NCBI GenBank assembly: GCA_964013405.1
Contig: CAXGWI010000006.1
Coordinates: forward strand, 9,266-73,265
DNA length: 64,000 bases
Source of the DNA: an uncultured Myxococcales bacterium
Lineage (GTDB): Bacteria; Myxococcota; UBA4151
Reading direction: 5' to 3'
A program made the position numbers and the translations under genes. Position 1 is the stretch's first letter. Every line of letters starts with the position of its first letter. The notes under the pieces were generated by a model. It was not told the origin of the DNA. It searched no databases and was given only the letters and a program-made list of their open reading frames with translations. Below, in pieces: positions 8,979 through 18,878 of this stretch.

Positions 8979-10417
8979 TGGCCGGCGACAAGACATCCAC
9001 CGGACTTCTCCGGCCTCGCCGTGGCGTCGCCCTCCTGCTGGTGTTGGCGACCCTGGCGGTCCTGACCACCATCACCACGCAGTTCATCCATGAAACCCAG
9101 GTCCGCAGTCAGATCGCTGCCAACGCCCGGGACTCGGTACGAGCCTACTTCCTGGCCCGCAGCGGCACCGAACTCACCCGCCTCTTGATCGGGTTCATGA
9201 AGCAAAAGCCCTGCCCCATGAGCATGGGGCTCGGGACTCTAGCCAAGGGCAGCCAGAGCGGCCAGGCCACCTGCGAAGACGAGTTGCGGGGGCTCCAGTC
9301 GGCCCTGAATCTACCGCCCCAGCCTTTTTGGCGTATGCTCCCCCTCGACTCCGGGCTTTTTGGTGCCATCGGCGATGGCAGCATGGGGCAGATGCTCGGT
9401 CTGCCCACGCCGAAACTCACCACCGCGGCCATCGACCCCCAGTCCGGCGAGTTGAGTGGCGATGACGAGGGAGACGGGCCCGGCGGCGACGGCCAAGCCC
9501 TCCTCGCCAATCTAGGGGGAAGCTTCTCCGTTTCTATCGATGATGAAGATCGTAAAATCCCGTTGAAGCAACTTTGGAAGGGAACACCGGCCCAGAATCG
9601 GGCCGCCGCCCTCCGCTTGGCTGCGCTGATCTCTGCGCCCCGTTACGATGGTCTCTTCCAAGCGACCAATGCCCGAGGGGAGGATGTGGACCGCCGGGAG
9701 TTGATCTCGACCATTCTCGACTGGATGGATCCAGACACCTCCATCTCCGAGATCGACTTCATGACCGGGCAACGGGTCACGGGAGCCCAAAGCGAAGACA
9801 GCCGCTACGACAAGGAGGCGACGCCCTATCGTAGCAAGAACGCCTCCTTTGATAGCATCGCCGAACTCAAGCAACTCAAGGGCTTTACCGACGAGGTCTA
9901 CGCCGCCTTCGCCGATCAGATGACCATCTACGGCGAGAATCGAATCAATGTCGAAAGCCTCCTGGGAAGCCTGCTGGGCGTCGGCTCGATGAACCCGGAC
10001 CAGGAGGAGACGCCCTCCGCACCGGTTCAATTCCTCACGGCGGTCTCAGTGTGCCTGGCTCCAGAGCAAATCCTGCAAGTCGGCGAGCGCCTCAACCTCT
10101 GGTATTTGGCTTTCAATCGCTGCGTCGCCGCGAAACTCACCGACTTGCCTGAAATCCAGGCCCTTTGCCCACTGGGCGAAACCCCTGGCCTGAGCCCCTT
10201 CGACAACTATTTCGTCAACGTGATGGCCCAGCTCACCGCGGCCGAGGGGCTCGATTTCGATACGAAGGCCTGTCAGGAGTCCATCACGACCAGCTCCCGT
10301 TATTTTAGAATCACCAGCCAGGCCACCGTCGGCCGGGCTGCCCGCACCCTCACATTGGTTCTTCGCTACGCCCCATCGGACGCGGCTGAAGAGCGTTACT
10401 ACTGGCGAGAGGAGTAA
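8978..10417 (+). CDS. gspK: Minor pseudopilin K
   Basis: Start placed at ATG 8978 overlapping the gspJ stop. RRG|VALLLVL (no Glu+5, as in GspK), ILDWMDPD, FDSIAELKQLKG, INV, SRYFRITS motifs. Confidence 0.9.
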   Translation: MAGDKTSTGLLRPRRGVALLLVLATLAVLTTITTQFIHETQVRSQIAANARDSVRAYFLARSGTELTRLLIGFMKQKPCPMSMGLGTLAKGSQSGQATCEDELRGLQSALNLPPQPFWRMLPLDSGLFGAIGDGSMGQMLGLPTPKLTTAAIDPQSGELSGDDEGDGPGGDGQALLANLGGSFSVSIDDEDRKIPLKQLWKGTPAQNRAAALRLAALISAPRYDGLFQATNARGEDVDRRELISTILDWMDPDTSISEIDFMTGQRVTGAQSEDSRYDKEATPYRSKNASFDSIAELKQLKGFTDEVYAAFADQMTIYGENRINVESLLGSLLGVGSMNPDQEETPSAPVQFLTAVSVCLAPEQILQVGERLNLWYLAFNRCVAAKLTDLPEIQALCPLGETPGLSPFDNYFVNVMAQLTAAEGLDFDTKACQESITTSSRYFRITSQATVGRAARTLTLVLRYAPSDAAEERYYWREE

Positions 10418-10420
10418 GCT

Positions 10421-12304
10421 TTGGCTGCCACCGTCGGAGTCATCGATCTTTCCCAAAGTCGACTGCGCCTGCTGATGGCGGAACGGGGGAAGAACGCCCC
10501 ACCGCTCATTCGCGAAGAAATGCCCCTCACCGAGGGGCTTGATGGCCTACCCCAGGCCCTCGCCAAGCTCCGGGAGGCGGAACTTCTCAGCGCCGATCGC
10601 TGGCTGGTTAGCTTGTCGAGCGATCTGTTCTCCATGCACGAACTCCTGCTGCCTGTCCCTGATCTACGCAAAGCCAAGATGGCCTTGGATTTCGAGCTGG
10701 AAGCCGAACTCCCATTCAAGCGGGATGAGGTGGTGGTCTCGACCCGCCTGCGTAAGGTCGAAGGAGGCACAGCCGTCGTCGCCTTGGTGGCGCCGATGGC
10801 CGAGCTCAGCGCCATTGTCGCCGCACTCCAGGCCGAAGGCATCGAACCCACCACCATCGTCCCCAGTTGTATGGGCTTGGCGCGCGCTGATCTGCGCAGG
10901 GGGCCCACCATCGTCATGGACATCGGCGCCACGAGCACGGAGGCCCTGGCCCTTTGCGATGACGAACCCCTGGCCTTGGTGACCATCGATGAGGGTGGCG
11001 ATACGGTGAACCGGGCCCTCGCGGCCAGTCACTACCTCGACGAAACAGAGGCTGAGCGGGTCAAGCGGGAGGAGGGCGCGAGCGCGGAAGGTCAAGCCGC
11101 TCTCGATCCAGCCACCCGCCAACTGGCCCGCCATCTCAGCCGAGGTCTCCGCAGCCTCCAACGTCAACTGGGTTGGCGAGAGTGCACCGTGGTCCTTGGT
11201 GGCGGTGGTGCCTGCACCCCCCAACTGGCCGATCGCCTGGCCGAAGAGATGGGCCAGCCCGTGGATTTGGCCAACCAAACCGATGAGTTGGTCGGCAAGC
11301 CTCTCCAAGCCCTCGCCTGGGCCCCTGAACTGGGCCTCTTGCGGGACTTGCGAGCGGGCACGGTTTGGCAGCCACTCAACCTGCGGGCCGACGGTCTCGC
11401 TTATCAAGGTGGGGTCCTGCGGGCCCTTAAGGCCGTCTCCGGACTGGGCACCTGGGTTGCGGCCCTCCTCGTGCTCCTCTGTGCTCAAGTCTTTGCTGAC
11501 ATCCATGTCCGTTACAATCAGGCCGAGCGCTACGACAGCGCCCGCCAACAGGCCTGCACTCAAATCGCTGGGCTGACCAACAGCACCCACCTTCAGTGTC
11601 TTGCGGCGATGGAGGAGGCCATCGGCGGTACGGGCAAGGACGATATCCCCCGCTACGACGCCCTCGATGTCTATGCAGGCATCTCAGCGGCAGTGCCTGC
11701 GGCTCTTGAGGTCAAAATCGATGTGACTCGAATCGATGGCAAAAGTTTGCGCCTCGAGGGCAGCACCACCGGGTTTCATCAGGCCAGCGAGCTGAACAAG
11801 GCCCTCTCGAAGGCGCCCTGTGTCAGCGAGCTGCGCAGCGACAAAACGGTCAAACAAGGGGCCAAAGTCCGCTTCACCTTCTCCGGCAAGATCGATTGCT
11901 CCCAACGACCTCCAGATCCTGACTTGTTGGCGAAAAAACCCAAACGGGCCGCCCGGGCAAAAGTCTTCGAGGCGAAAACACCCCGGCCGGCCATGAAGAA
12001 AAAACCAACGGCCCCCTTCGAGAAGAAGAAGTCTTTTCGGCCCTCCCGAAAGTCTGACCTTCCCAGCGGCTTGGCAGCCCCTCGTTCCAGCAGCTCCGAT
12101 GACGACTCAGAGGATCAGGACGACGAGGATTTCAAGCCACCGCCCAAACTCAACATCAACTTGCCCTCGTCATCGCCGATGAAACTGCACTTGCCCCAAA
12201 TTGAGAAGGGGATCTCCGGCACCTACGGCGGCCGAGACCCCAGCGATGATGATTCGACCAGTGACGATGATTCGACCAGTGGTAACCAGGAGGAAGAAAA
12301 ATGA
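10421..12304 (+). CDS. gspL: Type II secretion protein L (PilM/actin-like cytoplasmic domain, TM, periplasmic domain, long disordered tail)
   Basis: FELEAELPF, MDIGATST, VLGGGGA actin-like motifs; TM near residue 345; located between gspK and gspM. Confidence 0.85.
   Translation: MAATVGVIDLSQSRLRLLMAERGKNAPPLIREEMPLTEGLDGLPQALAKLREAELLSADRWLVSLSSDLFSMHELLLPVPDLRKAKMALDFELEAELPFKRDEVVVSTRLRKVEGGTAVVALVAPMAELSAIVAALQAEGIEPTTIVPSCMGLARADLRRGPTIVMDIGATSTEALALCDDEPLALVTIDEGGDTVNRALAASHYLDETEAERVKREEGASAEGQAALDPATRQLARHLSRGLRSLQRQLGWRECTVVLGGGGACTPQLADRLAEEMGQPVDLANQTDELVGKPLQALAWAPELGLLRDLRAGTVWQPLNLRADGLAYQGGVLRALKAVSGLGTWVAALLVLLCAQVFADIHVRYNQAERYDSARQQACTQIAGLTNSTHLQCLAAMEEAIGGTGKDDIPRYDALDVYAGISAAVPAALEVKIDVTRIDGKSLRLEGSTTGFHQASELNKALSKAPCVSELRSDKTVKQGAKVRFTFSGKIDCSQRPPDPDLLAKKPKRAARAKVFEAKTPRPAMKKKPTAPFEKKKSFRPSRKSDLPSGLAAPRSSSSDDDSEDQDDEDFKPPPKLNINLPSSSPMKLHLPQIEKGISGTYGGRDPSDDDSTSDDDSTSGNQEEEK
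12245..12280 (+). repeat. 18-bp tandem duplication encoding DDDSTS twice in the GspL tail
   Basis: GATGATGATTCGACCAGT followed by GACGATGATTCGACCAGT (17/18 identical). Confidence 0.9.
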
Positions 12305-12846
12305 GTAAGCTTGGCGACATTTTTCGCGGCCTCAGCCCCCGGGATCAGCGGGCCCTCGGCCTGCTGGGTCTCGTCCTCCTTCTCTTTCTCGGATTTTTAA
12401 CGGTCCGGGGCGTCAATCAAGCCCGCAGCCGCAGCAATGTGGCCCTGACCAACCGCAAGGCTGAACTCAAAAAGGTCATTGCGCTAGCAGCCCGCTATCA
12501 AGAGGCTATCGGCGATAAGGAAGCCTTCAAGGCCCGCATTAAGCGCACCCGAATCAGTCTCGCTTCGCTGCTCGAAGATGCAGGCCGACAAAACCAAATC
12601 GAAATCAGCGACATGAAGAACCAAAGCCCAGCAAAAACCGAAGGGGCGAAGCTGGCGGAAGAGCGGATTCGGGTCACGATCAAATCCATCACGATGGACC
12701 AGTTTGCCCACTTCATCGATACGCTGATGCAGCGGGGACGAGGGGATCTCATCCGCGTTCGAGAGCTCAGCCTAAAGACACAGTTTGAGGACCGAGAGAT
12801 GATCAATGCAGTGTTCGTCGTGAGCACCTGGAAGGAGGCGAGCTAA
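12301..12846 (+). CDS. gspM: Type II secretion protein M
   Basis: LSPRDQRAL followed by a TM helix (GspM-type N-terminus), coiled coil and a ferredoxin-like C-terminus. Confidence 0.85.
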   Translation: MSKLGDIFRGLSPRDQRALGLLGLVLLLFLGFLTVRGVNQARSRSNVALTNRKAELKKVIALAARYQEAIGDKEAFKARIKRTRISLASLLEDAGRQNQIEISDMKNQSPAKTEGAKLAEERIRVTIKSITMDQFAHFIDTLMQRGRGDLIRVRELSLKTQFEDREMINAVFVVSTWKEAS

Positions 12847-13790
12847 TGGCAAGCCTCTGGCAAAAGCGTTGGTTTCGAATCAGCACCTACAGCAGCTTCT
12901 TTAGCTTCGTTTTTCTACTGTCGTTGGTGTTGACCTATCCCAGTTCAGCCTTGGTTGCAGAGATCGAGAACGGCGTGGCGAAAGGCGCGCCCGATGTGAA
13001 AAATCTCATCATCGAAGATGCCTCCTTCTCCGGTCTAGGTCTGCGCCTTGAGAACGTGGAGTTTACCTACGGCAAGGGGGAGATTCCCTGGCGCTTCGAC
13101 AGCTTATGGGTCGGCTTGGCTGGCTTTGGCTTCGATCCAGAAAACCCGGCATTTTCATTGAGTGCTTCGGCCTACGGCGGCCAAGTGGATGTCCAGGTGG
13201 ATGGTGCGATCGTGAAGGCCCAGGTGGCGGACCTCAATTTGTCCGACGTTCTCCCCCTGCAGGATATGTTGGGCCTGGGCATGGGCGGTCGATTGAGCGG
13301 CACGGTCGACATGGATGTCAGCGATCCGAAGCAAAAATGGCGCAAGGCTGACGGCACGGTTGACCTCACGCTTAGCGCCGCCAGCATCGGCCCGGGCAAA
13401 CTGCCCATCCCTGGCTTTGGTCAGCCGCTAACCGTTCCCGAGGTCCGCATCGGCGACCTCCCCTTGGGCCTTGAAGTCAAGGCCGGTAAGGCGACCCTCA
13501 CCCCGATCAAGGCCACCGGAGAACAGTTGGAGCTGGCGGCCAAAGGGGAAGTCACCCTGCAAAGAAGTCTTCGGCTCAGCGCCCTGGATCTCAGCGTTGA
13601 TGCCCGCCCCACCGACAAGTTGAAGTCCACGCAAGAAGGCAAAAATCTCCTCAACGTCCTCGATCGCAAGAGCCCCCTCCTGCCCCGCCGCGTAAAACGC
13701 AACATGAGCAAGAAGGGCTGGCTCGGCATGACGGTATCCGGCCGCATGAGCAGCCCCCGCTTTCGCATGAGGAAAAGCAACGTCCGCTAG
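12846..13790 (+). CDS. gspN: Type II secretion protein N
   Basis: N-terminal TM ending LTYP, beta-rich body (AYGGQV, GRMSSPRF), last gene of the gsp run. Confidence 0.8.
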   Translation: MASLWQKRWFRISTYSSFFSFVFLLSLVLTYPSSALVAEIENGVAKGAPDVKNLIIEDASFSGLGLRLENVEFTYGKGEIPWRFDSLWVGLAGFGFDPENPAFSLSASAYGGQVDVQVDGAIVKAQVADLNLSDVLPLQDMLGLGMGGRLSGTVDMDVSDPKQKWRKADGTVDLTLSAASIGPGKLPIPGFGQPLTVPEVRIGDLPLGLEVKAGKATLTPIKATGEQLELAAKGEVTLQRSLRLSALDLSVDARPTDKLKSTQEGKNLLNVLDRKSPLLPRRVKRNMSKKGWLGMTVSGRMSSPRFRMRKSNVR

Positions 13791-13855
13791 GGATTCCTTT
13801 TGCGGCCCAGGCTCCCATGTCCTAATCCCCGCCGCGAACGGGAAAGGAGTTGGGC

Positions 13856-15910
13856 ATGTCTCGCTGGGTCATCATCAGCCTCCTTCTCGGTGCGTGCACC
13901 AGCTATGAGGTTGAAAAGGCGCAAGATCCTACCCTTCTCAAAGGGAAAGACCAGGCCCTCACCTTTCTCCACACCTCCGACTGGCATAGCCGCCTCTTCC
14001 CCTATCGCTACGACCCCCCGATCCCCCTACAACGCCATGGCTTGTTGCCGGAAAACGCCCCCTTTGGTGGCGTGGCAAGGCTGACCACACTGGTCAAAAG
14101 GGAACGGGCCCAGGCGAGTCGCGTGCTGCATCTCGATTCCGGTGACTGCTTCCAGGGCGCACCCGTGTTTAACGAGTTCGATGGGGAAGCGGAGTTGCGG
14201 GCCTATAATCAGATCGGTCTCGATGGAGCCGTGATCGGCAACCATGAGTTCGACAAAGGCATGACCAACTTCGTCGACCAGGCGGCCCAGTGGGTCCGCT
14301 ATCCTTTACTCGCGGCCAACTATCGGGGCGAGGACATGGCCCGATACGGCAACAAAGCCCTGGCCGATGTGATGCAGCCCTATGCCATCTACAATGTGGA
14401 CGGCATCCGAGTGGCCGCCATCGGTCTGGCCAATTATTCCAGCCTGAACTCCCTGGGAGAAGGGGGGAACAGCCTGGGGCTTCACCCACTGGAAATGATC
14501 GAAACAACCCAAGCCTATGTGGATCTCCTCGCCGAGCAGGCCGACCTCATGGTGGTCGTCAGCCATCTGGGGCTCAGCGATGATGTGGAGGTCATCGAGG
14601 GCTACCACCGCTGGTACCGTCAAGATCAATACGACCGCTTGCCGGGCGCCCCATTCCCCCCCTGCGAACTCGCGGACCGCCCCCTACAGAAATGCGAGCG
14701 GACCGTGGCGGCCCTGCCCAGCCAACGGGCCTGCCCAGAAGAGCCCGTCGAAGGACAACTCTGTGGTTTTGAGGCGCCGGACCACCAGGGGGATGTTCAA
14801 CTCTGGATCCCCGGTGTTCGCGGCGTCGATTTGATCCTCGGCGGGCACCTCCACTACGTCACCAAGCCGCCCCGCCGAGTGGTGGATCGAGACGGCCGAG
14901 TCGTCCCGATCATGCACTCTGGGGCTTTCATGCAGTTCCTGGCCCGCTTGGATGTGGTCTTGCGGGAAGCCACCCGGATGGACCGGCCCGCCTGGTTTGG
15001 CTGGGAGATCGCCAGTTACCGACAAGAACTTTTCGCCGTCGACGCCACCGTCGCCAAGGATCCCGAGATGGAGCGCATCATGGAGCGCTACCTGGTGGGC
15101 CTGAGCCAACGGCTTCGCCTCGACGAGCCCGTGGCCTGGAGTCACGTAGAGGTCAATCGCACCAGCCCCACCGGGGGCGACTCTCCCTTGGGCAACTTGG
15201 TGGCCGATGCCATTCGCATGCGGAACCGTGTCCGTACCGACTTTGCGCTCACCAACTCGATGGGAATTCGGGACAACATCCCCCCGGGCTTGGTGACCTT
15301 GGAGCAGCTCTTTAATGTTTTCCCCTTCGAGAACTCCATCGCCACCCTCTTTCTGTCCGGCGTCGAGGTCCAAGAGCTCTTTGACTTCGTCGCCGCTCGC
15401 AGCGCCGGGCGCGGTTGCCGCTCCCAAGCCCAGATTGCCGGTGCGACCTTCACCATGCGCTGTGATTGCTCTGAAACGGTGGTCGACGGCTGCTGCGCTG
15501 GGGCTGCCGTGTCGGAAACCGGCGGGATGGGTTGCGCCGAGGAGATCATGATCAACGGCAACGCACTCGACTTGGGCGAGAGTTATGAGTTGGCGGCCAA
15601 CGACTACATCGCATCCGGCGGCTCTGGCTTCGAAGTCCTCGAACGCAACACCACCCAGTTCGATACGGGGATCTCCCTACGGGATGCGATGGCTGACTAT
15701 CTGCGCAGCATGCCTGAATGTGATGCCAGTCAGGTTCCAGCGGACCTGCGTCCCGCTTACGACGAGGCGATGACCCGCTACGGCAGCCTGCGCTGTGTAC
15801 CCACAGGCGCCAGTTGCGAAGTTGGCGGGCAGGTCTGCGCCCAGGATACAGACTGCAGCAGCGACGACCGCTGCGTTCAACAACAAGCTCGCATTCTGGC
15901 CCGCCAATGA
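13856..15910 (+). CDS. Lipoprotein 5'-nucleotidase / bifunctional metallophosphoesterase with Cys-rich inserts
   Basis: Lipobox LLGA|C; metallophosphoesterase motifs SDWH, DSGD, GNHEFD, SHLG, GGHLH; 5'-nucleotidase C-domain (SPLGNLVADA, NSMGIR, FPFEN, NDYIASGGSGF). ATG 13856 preferred for AAGGAG spacing. Confidence 0.92.
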   Translation: MSRWVIISLLLGACTSYEVEKAQDPTLLKGKDQALTFLHTSDWHSRLFPYRYDPPIPLQRHGLLPENAPFGGVARLTTLVKRERAQASRVLHLDSGDCFQGAPVFNEFDGEAELRAYNQIGLDGAVIGNHEFDKGMTNFVDQAAQWVRYPLLAANYRGEDMARYGNKALADVMQPYAIYNVDGIRVAAIGLANYSSLNSLGEGGNSLGLHPLEMIETTQAYVDLLAEQADLMVVVSHLGLSDDVEVIEGYHRWYRQDQYDRLPGAPFPPCELADRPLQKCERTVAALPSQRACPEEPVEGQLCGFEAPDHQGDVQLWIPGVRGVDLILGGHLHYVTKPPRRVVDRDGRVVPIMHSGAFMQFLARLDVVLREATRMDRPAWFGWEIASYRQELFAVDATVAKDPEMERIMERYLVGLSQRLRLDEPVAWSHVEVNRTSPTGGDSPLGNLVADAIRMRNRVRTDFALTNSMGIRDNIPPGLVTLEQLFNVFPFENSIATLFLSGVEVQELFDFVAARSAGRGCRSQAQIAGATFTMRCDCSETVVDGCCAGAAVSETGGMGCAEEIMINGNALDLGESYELAANDYIASGGSGFEVLERNTTQFDTGISLRDAMADYLRSMPECDASQVPADLRPAYDEAMTRYGSLRCVPTGASCEVGGQVCAQDTDCSSDDRCVQQQARILARQ

Positions 15911-17175
15911 GATCCTTACTGCCCCTCATCGCAGTGATCGGCTGCTATGAAGCGATCGAGGTCGAGCCGACAAGTCCGGAGCTCGTCTCCACGTTTCAAC
16001 TCACGGTGACCGGGGACACTGAGGATCTCGAAGATCGACCTCGGCTGGAATTTGGTGGGGATGATAGCCGCACGGTGAATCTGTCCATCCAGGCCTTTCA
16101 GCCCGACGGCAGCCCAAGCACAGAGGACTGGGAGGTGGCGGTGACCACCTCCGCCCCCTGCGTCCAGTTAGAGAACACGGAGACGGGTCAGTTCGGCCAA
16201 GAGATCAAGGCAACCCTCAGTGCAGGCACGGCCGACCTAGCCCTCCAACTCCACCATATCCCCGGACCTCTGGAGCTATGGGTCACCTCCAAAGCCCGGA
16301 CAGAAGGCGGCTTCGCTGCCGCCATTTCAACCACCCTCAACTATCGAAATCCGAGCATCCTTGCGCTCCAGTTGCTGCCCGTCGAGCGCTGTGAAGGACT
16401 TGAGGGCCGGGAGTTATCCAACTGCCAACGCAATCGTATCGCCCATGCAGCCCTCGAGGGTTGTGCCATCGAGATCGATCCCGGTGCAGGCCTGGTGGTC
16501 ACTCGGGTCGCAGGGGACGGATTCAACGTCACCGAACGGGGTCGCCCGGTCCAAGATAACTCCCTCTTCGTCTACACCTATAACGCCCCTGATGAGGTCT
16601 TCTTAGGGGCGATACTCGACCATCTCGAAGGCAACGCCACCGAATTCATGGGCGGCACCCAACTGGCGGACACCAGCTATACGCTGCGCCGGGATGACGA
16701 CGGCAATGCGCTGGGTCTGAGCGTGGAGCAATTGGGCGAAGAGTTCCCGGCCACAGAGTTGACGGCCGAGGACCTCAACCGCAGCCCGAGCGGCAATCAA
16801 CGCTGTCGGCGCATCAACCGCGACATCCCACTCAATCTCTCGATGGAGCGTCTCGAAGGCGGCCCTGTCTTCATCGCCGGCGCCGAGGTAGCCTACGAAC
16901 CAGACGATTACTCGCTGAGTTCCTATCTCCAGTATGGGCAGTTCAATATCGCCCTCGGACAAGGGGGGGACAGTCGCTGCATTAGCCTGATGGCCCGCAA
17001 TGTCATGCCCGAATTTGACCCCCGCTTGCCCGGCTGCAGCGGCCAGTCCATCCCCTATATTGAGGGTACCCTTCGAGGCCTCTTCTTCGAGGGCAGCTCG
17101 ACGCCCGCCTGGGTTGTCGAAGCCTACCAGCTCGTTGTCGAGCGCCCCTCTCCCTGTTTGTTGGAGTCCCCATGA
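15907..17175 (+). CDS. Lipoprotein with a YhcR/ExeM-type OB-fold-like nucleic-acid-binding segment
   Basis: ATG 15907 overlaps the upstream stop; MRSLLPLIAVIG|C lipobox; VVTRVAGDGFNVTE...SLFVY...LEGNATEFMGGTQL and later ERLEGGPV resemble the OB-fold of extracellular nucleases. No nuclease catalytic domain recognised. Confidence 0.6.
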   Translation: MRSLLPLIAVIGCYEAIEVEPTSPELVSTFQLTVTGDTEDLEDRPRLEFGGDDSRTVNLSIQAFQPDGSPSTEDWEVAVTTSAPCVQLENTETGQFGQEIKATLSAGTADLALQLHHIPGPLELWVTSKARTEGGFAAAISTTLNYRNPSILALQLLPVERCEGLEGRELSNCQRNRIAHAALEGCAIEIDPGAGLVVTRVAGDGFNVTERGRPVQDNSLFVYTYNAPDEVFLGAILDHLEGNATEFMGGTQLADTSYTLRRDDDGNALGLSVEQLGEEFPATELTAEDLNRSPSGNQRCRRINRDIPLNLSMERLEGGPVFIAGAEVAYEPDDYSLSSYLQYGQFNIALGQGGDSRCISLMARNVMPEFDPRLPGCSGQSIPYIEGTLRGLFFEGSSTPAWVVEAYQLVVERPSPCLLESP

Positions 17176-18878
17176 ACTCTGTGTTGAGCCTCTTTCTGGT
17201 CACGCCGATTCTCTTTCCCTCGGTCAGTACCTCGCCGGTCAACGGCAGTATCGTCGTCGAGGTCGTTAAAGACGAAGAAAGCGAAAAGGCGGCCCCCGAC
17301 CATCGGCGAGGGGGAGAGACACCTCGCTCAGTGGAGGGAACCAGTGGCCGTTTTCTCGACACTCGCCTGACCTTCAGTTGGGGCGACGACAACCTTTTTG
17401 CAGGACCAGGCCAAACCAATCCCAACTCGCCCCGCCCGGACTTTGGTGAACGGCAGGGCGACGAGCAGTTCTTCGACAATCTGAACTCTCGAGACACGGG
17501 CGATGAGACCCGCTCCACGCTGGTGATTCATCGGGCCGATCTGGGCAGCCATATCCCCCGCCTACTCACCGAAGGCGCGCTGGTTGCCCGCTTTGATCTC
17601 TATGCTGACGCCGACACGGGTAAGCAGGGCCAGCTCTTCAAGGACGACGGTAGCTTCCTGGGCCTGCGTTACTATCTTCGAGACACCGGCAACTGTACGG
17701 CAATGCAACTCCTTGCTCGGACCGAGGGCTGTGATCTCGCCTTTGCCTACATCACCGCCTTTCCCTTCGACACCAATCGCTTTCGGGTTGGCTACACCTA
17801 TGATTTATCCTGGGGGGACCCGCGAATTTTTCCGGGTCGCTCCAAAGCGGTTCCCGGGATCAAGTTAGGCCTGCGCCAAAACCGTTGGAGCCTTTGGGCC
17901 GGCGCCAAAAGCGCCCGTCTTCTCGATGAAGAGGTCAATGAGATCGAAGCCCGTTACGGCTATCTTGCGGGCGGCTCCCTGTCGCCGGCGAAAGTCGTCA
18001 CACTGCAGGCAAGTGGGGGGCATTTCGACATGGGGACAAACCCAAACCCGGCGGTCCGCGGTCAACCCCTGGCCACCTGGGGCTATTCGGCTCGGGCCGT
18101 CTACCACCTGGGGACATCCGCTGGCTCGTCAGCGGACTTTGCCCTGATGCGAGACAACCCGCTGCACCGGATCGGTGGCTACCGCTATCGCCAAGATCAC
18201 AGCGGCCAATCCTTCCGAGTGGCCCTAGAGACCAGTCAGCTCATCCAACTGCTTGAGGACCCAGACCGGGCGGGCCAACTCTCGGAACAGCGATCGGTGG
18301 CCTATGCGCTGACCGCCACGGTCCGCTTAGGTCGGCTGTATTTAGACGGCTTTGCCTTCCACCGGGATCTGGGCTTTCTCCTCCGTAACGTGCCCAGCTT
18401 TGTCCCCTTCCAGGCCCTTGCGGGGGCCGCAGACGGCCGACCAGAACGTTTTCTCGCCATGGGAGCCGCCTACGCGCTGCCAAAGAGCCGGCTCACCCCA
18501 ACCTTGATGCTTGGTATTCAAGATCCCGCCCAAATGATCGGTGGTATCCCTGAACGTCTCAGAAGCATCGGCGAGGCTGATCTGCCGGATGCTGGTGGTC
18601 GCCGGGCCGTGGTCGTGCGGGGTGAAGGTGACTTCGATATCCTTCCCCTCAACAGCGCCGGCGAGGTGATCAATCCGGTGCCGATTCTCGCCGCCCGCAT
18701 CGCCCTGCGCTGGGACCTCTCCAAACTGATGCAGACCACTTTCGAAGTGAACTACACCCACGACGAGAACCAGACGGACCTGGTGGATGGTGGCCGAGGC
18801 ATCTCAGAGCGGGTTTTTATCGATCGGCAACTGCGGCAGCGGGTGGGCGTGGGCGTGATTACCCAAATGCGCTTCTAG
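17172..18878 (+). CDS. Putative outer-membrane beta-barrel protein
   Basis: Signal-peptide-like start, many amphipathic Gly/aromatic strands, C-terminal strand VGVGVITQMRF ending in Phe; start overlaps the upstream stop. Confidence 0.6.
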   Translation: MNSVLSLFLVTPILFPSVSTSPVNGSIVVEVVKDEESEKAAPDHRRGGETPRSVEGTSGRFLDTRLTFSWGDDNLFAGPGQTNPNSPRPDFGERQGDEQFFDNLNSRDTGDETRSTLVIHRADLGSHIPRLLTEGALVARFDLYADADTGKQGQLFKDDGSFLGLRYYLRDTGNCTAMQLLARTEGCDLAFAYITAFPFDTNRFRVGYTYDLSWGDPRIFPGRSKAVPGIKLGLRQNRWSLWAGAKSARLLDEEVNEIEARYGYLAGGSLSPAKVVTLQASGGHFDMGTNPNPAVRGQPLATWGYSARAVYHLGTSAGSSADFALMRDNPLHRIGGYRYRQDHSGQSFRVALETSQLIQLLEDPDRAGQLSEQRSVAYALTATVRLGRLYLDGFAFHRDLGFLLRNVPSFVPFQALAGAADGRPERFLAMGAAYALPKSRLTPTLMLGIQDPAQMIGGIPERLRSIGEADLPDAGGRRAVVVRGEGDFDILPLNSAGEVINPVPILAARIALRWDLSKLMQTTFEVNYTHDENQTDLVDGGRGISERVFIDRQLRQRVGVGVITQMRF

